A stretch of 39,687 nt of DNA. Source: Aduncisulcus paluster. Its lineage: Eukaryota. Positions 33,193-39,687 of the stretch are shown here, in pieces. The position numbers were made by a program, and so were the translations under genes. Where the stretch lies: the NCBI GenBank assembly GCA_024181965.1, contig BQXS01010025.1, positions 1-39,687 of the forward strand, given 5' to 3'. Numbering within the stretch: the first letter of the stretch is position 1; every line of letters starts with the position of its first letter. The notes under the pieces were generated by a model that did no database searches, had not been told where the DNA came from, and saw only the letters and a program-made list of their open reading frames with translations.

Positions 33193-34122
33193 ATTTAGAT
33201 TTATGTTTAATGATAACGATATTCATTTTATTTTTATCATCCAATAAGGATTCCAATGTTCATGCTCTATGTGCTCTTTTTGTATGTATTGCAATCGCAG
33301 AAAGGACAGTGAAAAAATAAGATTTATATATCGCTCAAAATGGTACTGAATCTCTATAAACCGTATCGGGATTCGCAGACGTACTATTATTCGATTGATA
33401 TTGCAATATATATTGCCAATATTCTTTGTCTTAGAAACCCGTAAATGAATTCAGACCACACCCAAAATACAATCTAAAGTTAATAAACGGACGTAAATTT
33501 TGACCGATAAATTGATATATAGTAATAAATTTGAAGACAAACTGTGAGTTCATCAACAATATGGAAACAACAGAATAAAAAACAAATATAAGTGGATATT
33601 GTCACTTTTGCAAACAACCTCAGGTTAGAGACAAAAAAGGAAAAGAGAATAAATTCAAAGTCAATTATTTAACATGAAAATTAATAATAAATCATTGATA
33701 TGAGTATCATGAGAAAATATAGTCGTAATTCTAATATAAATCCAGCACAAAAATCGTTACACAACAATAGAATCTGGAGTGATTTATAAAAGATCAACAA
33801 TAAGTCTCAGATCATCATGATACTGTAAGTTTAAAGAAAAATACCAAGACCTGAAGGAATTATTTAATGGCACAGAAATCAATATTAATATTAAAATTAT
33901 AAAAATCATAAAAAGTTGCTCGCAAAAATGAAAACAATTCACAACAACAACAACAAAAGGAAAAAATCAAAATATAAAATTAGAATTCAAAGTCAAAAGT
34001 GCTGAGAAAATTGAGAAATAGAATTAAAAATAACGAAATAATATTAGATAAGTATTAAAAACGCAACGTAAATGTTCGCAAAAAGGTTCGAGATTGCTAA
34101 TGATGATATTTAGAGATATTTT

Positions 34123-37100
34123 TCATCTTGGAGAAGAACTGAACAAACTATGAGTCTGTTGGCCTTCATTGGGAGCACCAGAAGAGAGAGATGTCAGTGA
34201 GAGCGGTGGGATAGAACCACGTGAATCACCACCGGAAGGGGGCTGGGAGGCAGTTGCGGCATATGGATTAAACGGAGGCATACGAATGAGATGAGACCGT
34301 TGGAAATGCTGTTCCTCCAGCATTCTCCTCTCAATCTCCATATCCATGTGCTGTTTTCGCTGGGTAGCAGATGTAGGTTGAGTAGACGAGCTAAACGGAG
34401 TAGCCATGAATTGATAAGATGATCCATGAATCATTTGAGGTTGAAAAGGCATGGGATATTGACCAGTGAAGTGAGTAGAAGGGTAGCTTCCATTTACAGG
34501 CGCAGGAATGGCCTGGGAATGAGCATTGAAGGGGCCATGAGGGATTGTGGGGGCGGGGTGTGTGAAGAAATCACGGGGGGAGGGAACAAATGAGCCGTAA
34601 CCTTGCGGAGAGAAGGAGACAGATGGATGAGGCGAGGAAGAGTGGTGGGATCGTGCAGATAGTGACTGTGGAGCCCCGAGATTTCTTGTTGATTTGGACC
34701 TGCTCTGGGGTAATTTGACAGAAGACCTGGAATCAGAGGAGGATTTACAAGGAATTGAGGTCGGCATTTGAGTTGTTTTCTTCTTTTTAAGAGCATAAGC
34801 ATATGACCGAAGCATCTTACATGTATTATCGGTCTCGGTAACACGAAGAGTTGTAAACATTTCCTTTTCAGCTGGTGAGCTATCAACGAATGCACTATAC
34901 ACAGGCACAGCACCGCTGTACTCCATCCAAGGGAGCAGAGAATGATCGATGATGGGATTTCCAGTCGTAGAATCAAGAACATTTGCCACAGCACTTCCTT
35001 TCAGTTGGCCAGTTATATCAGCCTCAGGAACGAAAATAACTCTGCAACCAACTTTGAGGGGGGAACACAGTGGAGAATGTTTGCTAGTGCGCTGTTTGAT
35101 GAAATACACAGTGTTACACCACTCGGACATAGCCAAAACGATGGGAGAAGATGAGGATTCCTTGGTAACTCCAGGAGGCACAATAGAATCCCCGAAATTA
35201 TCAATATGGGGAAACGTGGGAGGAGGGAAGAAGGAAGAGCAAGGGGAGAAAGGTTCCAACTCCTTGAAAGTGGTGTCCCGGGCATGTACAGAGCCAGAAC
35301 GATGCAAAGGATTATCAGATCCACTTCCATCAGCATACTCATCATCACTCGTCACACTAAGATTGCTCCGACTGCTAGCGGTTGACTGGTCATAGGCCGC
35401 AGTGTGTGAATGGCGTGATTGCTCCCTTTTCGTATCAATACCCCTCTTGGAAGCCGTGGAGAATGAGAAGAATGAACTGGATCCACCGACATCGCCCCAG
35501 TTAAGACTGTATTTACCACACTCTTGCTGGGCACGGTGCAACACAGAAGACGAGCGAGGAGAGAGAGGATGGGCAGCAGACTCGGCAGAAATGGAACTTG
35601 AAACACCAGAGCTAGAGGACGGAGTTGAGCTTGATCCACTGCAGGAAGACAAGATATGACGCCTCAAGGGAAGAATGTAAGCGAAAGGATTGCACGTGGC
35701 AATGACCACTCCCTCAATGAGATCTGGGAGACAATCCACGACACATATATTCCTTGCCTGTGGCTTGTTGCCCATCCAATGAGCCTTAAACACCACAACA
35801 GAGTTCTTCTGTGGCGATTGTTGGTTAGACATCATAGATGCATGGCGTGGCGACAGAGGAGATGGATTGCCATATCCGTGTGTATCATCGTCAGGCCTAC
35901 CAACAACTCGAGCACTCTGGCACTTCCTCCCACGACCAAAGTCTTTTTTCCCAACTCTTGTATCTTTTTTCCCCTTGAAATATACTTCGAGACCACCCGA
36001 CAAGCTTCCTCTACCACCTTCAATACCGACACTCTTAATGAACCCATACTTTCCGCTCTCAGTGAGATGATAAACGATTCCGTGCCGATGGGATTCTGAT
36101 GGAAAGAGCTGAGCAAGTGGATGTGAGCCAGGCAAAGAGACAGATTGATAACTATCCTGGACATGATGTTGAGACGATTTAGATTGCTCTCCTTCATGTT
36201 CGTGCTGAGAGGCGTGACTAGAGCCTCCAACAGAAGTCCTTGACTTAGACTTCTTGGCAATACATGGACATCTGTACCCACACCCACACCCAGAGTCTCG
36301 CTTGCTTTCCATGCTCTCAAGGACCTCCATGTACGAGCACACTGGCACAGTAACCTCCCCCTGAAGCATGTCAAGCCAAGAGGAGGAAGGAATCGAGCAT
36401 AGCTGGGGAGAAGAGAGCATCTCACGGGGGGAACGAGGTGAGGGAACCGGTTGGGACAAGGCTGATGGTGCCGAAGATGTAGTTATCTGTGGGCCTGCGG
36501 AAGAGTGAGAGATACCCTGGGCTGAAGAACCCCCCTGAGTCATTAACCCTTTAGCTTTCATGGTCTTATTAAGCATTTTAGTGCAAGAGAACAGAGGTGC
36601 AGTGAGCATGAAAGATGAAGATCCTGTCATAGACGTGTGTTGGTTGATCCCTTCGAATGTTGTAGAAGGGTGGAAACACACGATATCCCCTTTGTCCACT
36701 TTGTCCAGAGAGCAGTGATAATGAGGTAATGGATGGGGGAGATTAGGCTTTGAATCGGACTCAGAGAAAAGAAGCACGTCTGACGATGAACTCTTTGATG
36801 ATTGGGTCGAACCCGTTGAGTATCTACGCTCTTCTCTCTTCTTTGCAAGCATCACGGGGGCTTTCTTCGATCTCCCTTCTCTCGCAGACACACTGATCAC
36901 ACCACACCCGTTGTTATCAACTACTGCCTCTTTTAAAGCTACCTGATGAAGACGCTCAAGTTCGTCATTCCCAAGATGCAAAACACTAACAATTGGACGG
37001 CTGGAAGTTGTCACCTGCCGGCAAGAGCCTTTTCCATCAGATTCATATTCGACTCGAGATGAAGAAGAAGAAGAAGAAGAAGAGGAAGCAGAGGGATTAA

Positions 37101-38667
37101 ACATTATTCGTGCCGGGCCATGTTCCCGACCCTTGGAAAATACAGCAACAATCCCAATTCCGTCTGACACTCTCCATCTTTTCAGAGCAACAATAACATC
37201 ACACAACGTTGGTGATTTGTGGATATACGGAGAGAAAGGTAATGAGAAGGCCATTCTTTCAGATTTTCCTTCAGAGTGTTCTTTATATGACTGAAGAATC
37301 TCAAGAGCTCGCTTACAATCCCGTCTCTGTCTCTCCATACCACTGAGATATTCCCAGATAAGACGGTAGGCCTCTGTGTGTTTTCCAGGAGTGACCACAA
37401 TACCGCTGTCCTCGATTAGGACCTCAACACGTCCGAATAATGGAGGAGAAGGCCGTGACATGTCAATATTGACACCGTGGACATCTTTCGAGACTGTTGA
37501 CGCCTTGCATGTGAATGCGATGTCATCCTGTGAAAAAGAAGGGATGGGAAGAGGAGGAACAGGTGATTCATCTGAGGAACAACCAATACCAGATTCCCTA
37601 TCTTGTGACTCCATTTGTCCATGGGATTCGAATGTCTCTGGAGGCAGAGAAATGGCCTCATTGGAACATTGAGAGAAGAGTTCGTGATGTGTGATATGGC
37701 ACAAAGATGTTTCTCCATAGGTCACGGGCTGGAACGGATCTCCTGAGAGGGTGCACTGTGACATTCTTGGAACTGTTGACTTCGAAGCAGCATCAGGATC
37801 AGTGAGTTCGATCACTTTTGAATCGTGGTCGTCGGTGGAAAAAGTATCCTCCTCACGAATTCCATCGAGAGGTAGGTGAAAACTGAATGGGAAAGGTTTG
37901 GATGAAGAAGAATCTGTAACAGCAGTCTCAGCAATAGTTACAGGGTTTAAAGATGGGTTAAATGAAATCTGATCTTTCAGTTCGTTCATTTTAGCTTTCA
38001 TTTGGCCAATAACGGATTGTGATCCATGAGAAAGAGAAGGATTCATTGAGGATACGGAGCTTGTTAAACGTGTTAGTAAAGAATTCATTGAATCAACAAA
38101 ATGAATCAATTGATCTTTCTGTATCGACACAAGGTCAGGAGTGGTTTTATCGGATTCGGTAACAAATTTTTCATTTGTTTCTAAGGGCAAAGCTAGAGGT
38201 TCTACAGTGTCTGAAATTTGTTTAACTTTTCTTTTTAACAAAGAACTAGATTCAGAATAAACCTGAGAAGGATTAGAGAACTCAGTTGAAGTAGAATGAT
38301 CATGAATTTCTTTAGATGTATTAATATTATGAGTTATGCATTGAACTAATGTCTTCGGCGAAATTACGGGTAAATCTTTCGAAATGGGATGAGAAACTAC
38401 ACTGTTCTTATTACTGAAGGGAACACAATCATATCCTCCATCTATTGAAGAAATATTGTGTAAATAATGACTAGAATCCAAAAAAGATTCTTTGGATTGA
38501 CTGAAAGGTGCAAATTTGAACGATTCAGAAGGATCAGAAAGTGATAGATGAGAATGAGCGGATTTTTCACTTGAACCAACCGAAGATATATCTTCTACTT
38601 TAGAAACATGAGAAATATGACTTTCTCCATGTGGAGATATAGCCTGTTTTCTTTGATTCTGTGGCAT
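34123..38667 (-). CDS. Large Ser-rich protein (1514 aa) with probable cold-shock/OB domains (CSDE1/UNR-like) and a Pro/Gln-rich C-terminus
   Basis: HGIVYHLTESGKYGFIKS (RNP1-like), EVYF (RNP2-like), VVFKAHWMGNKPQARNI, and a second unit IEGVVIATCNPFAYI...VYF...LKVGCRVIFVPEADITGQLKGSAV. The ORF is certain; the domain call is by eye. Confidence 0.62.
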   Translation of the reverse strand: MPQNQRKQAISPHGESHISHVSKVEDISSVGSSEKSAHSHLSLSDPSESFKFAPFSQSKESFLDSSHYLHNISSIDGGYDCVPFSNKNSVVSHPISKDLPVISPKTLVQCITHNINTSKEIHDHSTSTEFSNPSQVYSESSSLLKRKVKQISDTVEPLALPLETNEKFVTESDKTTPDLVSIQKDQLIHFVDSMNSLLTRLTSSVSSMNPSLSHGSQSVIGQMKAKMNELKDQISFNPSLNPVTIAETAVTDSSSSKPFPFSFHLPLDGIREEDTFSTDDHDSKVIELTDPDAASKSTVPRMSQCTLSGDPFQPVTYGETSLCHITHHELFSQCSNEAISLPPETFESHGQMESQDRESGIGCSSDESPVPPLPIPSFSQDDIAFTCKASTVSKDVHGVNIDMSRPSPPLFGRVEVLIEDSGIVVTPGKHTEAYRLIWEYLSGMERQRRDCKRALEILQSYKEHSEGKSERMAFSLPFSPYIHKSPTLCDVIVALKRWRVSDGIGIVAVFSKGREHGPARIMFNPSASSSSSSSSSSRVEYESDGKGSCRQVTTSSRPIVSVLHLGNDELERLHQVALKEAVVDNNGCGVISVSAREGRSKKAPVMLAKKREERRYSTGSTQSSKSSSSDVLLFSESDSKPNLPHPLPHYHCSLDKVDKGDIVCFHPSTTFEGINQHTSMTGSSSFMLTAPLFSCTKMLNKTMKAKGLMTQGGSSAQGISHSSAGPQITTSSAPSALSQPVPSPRSPREMLSSPQLCSIPSSSWLDMLQGEVTVPVCSYMEVLESMESKRDSGCGCGYRCPCIAKKSKSRTSVGGSSHASQHEHEGEQSKSSQHHVQDSYQSVSLPGSHPLAQLFPSESHRHGIVYHLTESGKYGFIKSVGIEGGRGSLSGGLEVYFKGKKDTRVGKKDFGRGRKCQSARVVGRPDDDTHGYGNPSPLSPRHASMMSNQQSPQKNSVVVFKAHWMGNKPQARNICVVDCLPDLIEGVVIATCNPFAYILPLRRHILSSCSGSSSTPSSSSGVSSSISAESAAHPLSPRSSSVLHRAQQECGKYSLNWGDVGGSSSFFSFSTASKRGIDTKREQSRHSHTAAYDQSTASSRSNLSVTSDDEYADGSGSDNPLHRSGSVHARDTTFKELEPFSPCSSFFPPPTFPHIDNFGDSIVPPGVTKESSSSPIVLAMSEWCNTVYFIKQRTSKHSPLCSPLKVGCRVIFVPEADITGQLKGSAVANVLDSTTGNPIIDHSLLPWMEYSGAVPVYSAFVDSSPAEKEMFTTLRVTETDNTCKMLRSYAYALKKKKTTQMPTSIPCKSSSDSRSSVKLPQSRSKSTRNLGAPQSLSARSHHSSSPHPSVSFSPQGYGSFVPSPRDFFTHPAPTIPHGPFNAHSQAIPAPVNGSYPSTHFTGQYPMPFQPQMIHGSSYQFMATPFSSSTQPTSATQRKQHMDMEIERRMLEEQHFQRSHLIRMPPFNPYAATASQPPSGGDSRGSIPPLSLTSLSSGAPNEGQQTHSLFSSSPR

Positions 38668-39199
38668 ACTGCGAGAAAAATCCCTTTGAAATTGCTCTTT
38701 TCAAAAAAAGAAAACATTTCGCCAATTTTGAAATGAAACCATCTGGTTAATAAATATATTATGTGCCTTTATTATTCATTCACGTGAGAAAGGGCGATTT
38801 CGAAAACAATTGCAATCTGTTGATATTTATGCCAGAATAACTCAAAAATAAATTTATATATATAACAAAATTTAAAGCATTTCCTTTATTTTCCAAAATG
38901 CTCGCATAAACAAGAGATAGAACGGCTGGTTTAAAACCAAAGGTTTTGACAGACCTCCTACGAATGTGCAAGGCTACTTTTTTTGATTTATTCTTTAAAT
39001 ATGAAAGATGACATTTATTCTTTTTGATTTATGTCTTCACACCTATATTATTGAAGAAGTGAAGGAGTTTTATAGAAATGCTTGACAAATAAATATATGA
39101 TTGATATTATATTGATATTGAGGTTGAATGGAGTGGAACTCATTGGATATATAGATATAGATATTGATATATAATGAGATTTGAAAAACATTCTTAAAC

Positions 39200-39687
39200 T
39201 TAGAATCCTCCACGAAGACGGAGAACAAGGTGAAGGGTAGAATCCTTCATGATGTTGTAGTCTCCAAGAGTACGACCCTCATCAAGCTGTTTACCAGCGA
39301 AGATAAGACGTTGTTGTTCGGGAGGGATTCCTTCCTTCTCTTGGATCTTGGCTTTGACAGAGTCGATGGAATCAGATTGGTCGACATCAAGAGTGATGGT
39401 CTTTCCAGTCAAGGTACGGACAAAGATCTGCATACCTCCACGAAGACGGAGAACAAGGTGAAGGGTAGAATCCTTCATGATGTTGTAGTCTCCAAGAGTA
39501 CGACCCTCATCAAGCTGTTTACCAGCGAAGATAAGACGTTGTTGTTCGGGAGGGATTCCTTCCTTCTCTTGGATCTTGGCTTTGACAGAGTCGATGGAAT
39601 CAGATTGGTCGACATCAAGAGTGATGGTCTTTCCAGTCAAGGTACGGACAAAGATCTGCATACCTCCACGAAGACGGAGAACAAGGT
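39200..39687 (-). CDS. Polyubiquitin, 3' part (two complete 76-aa units, the end of a third, and a terminal Phe); 5' end outside the window
   Basis: Head-to-tail 228-bp units [12 protein letters not shown]...LVLRLRGG at 39434-39661 and 39206-39433, a partial unit at 39662-39687, and stop TAA at 39200-39202. Arg72 indicates ubiquitin rather than NEDD8. Confidence 0.98.
   Translation of the reverse strand, partial: LVLRLRGGMQIFVRTLTGKTITLDVDQSDSIDSVKAKIQEKEGIPPEQQRLIFAGKQLDEGRTLGDYNIMKDSTLHLVLRLRGGMQIFVRTLTGKTITLDVDQSDSIDSVKAKIQEKEGIPPEQQRLIFAGKQLDEGRTLGDYNIMKDSTLHLVLRLRGGF

Noticed and set aside
33395..33425. Overlapping AT-rich palindromes (ATATTGCAATAT, GCAATATATATTGC)
   Set aside because: Short and low-complexity, as expected by chance in AT-rich intergenic DNA.
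34194..37718. Many 65-200 aa antisense and alternative-frame ORFs within long genes (also 5774-6554, 24372-25763, 27843-31408)
   Set aside because: These are shadows of GC-richer, low-complexity coding sequence, mostly with non-ATG starts and no recognisable motifs.
4450..39687. Apparent ubiquitin/SUMO gene cluster (Ulp protease, RING E3, UBA/RWD helicase, polyubiquitin)
   Set aside because: These are large, common eukaryotic gene classes, interspersed with unrelated genes on both strands. There is no evidence of functional clustering.

Overview
This is gene-dense eukaryotic DNA, not prokaryotic. It has AT-rich intergenic spacers, essentially intron-free ORFs and proteins full of poly-Ser/poly-Glu insertions. 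That style, and the lineage-specific protein families, resemble a fornicate metamonad such as Aduncisulcus paluster (inference from recall, not a database result). About 13 genes are present: the 3' end of Sec24, a two-repeat hypothetical protein, a Ulp/SENP (C48) protease, a bacterial-like extended SDR epimerase, an alpha2delta/CACHD1-like VWA-Cache surface protein, a METTL25-family methyltransferase, a small membrane peptide, a RING/coiled-coil E3, two hypotheticals, a DHX57-like DEAH helicase, a probable multi-cold-shock-domain protein and polyubiquitin. The assembly is locally faulty. All six 20-N gaps are flanked by 210-336 bp near-identical duplications, there is a 437 bp gapless tandem duplication, a gamma-tubulin fragment is joined in next to one gap, and a 1-nt frameshift splits the helicase. 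Collapsing these restores intact reading frames in every case. I found no convincing multi-gene novel system. The best leads are a twin-hairpin non-coding element bracketed by 30-bp direct repeats (3621-4382), the split cold-shock-domain protein, the degenerate alpha2delta-like protein, a K6R ubiquitin and a candidate bacterial gene transfer.
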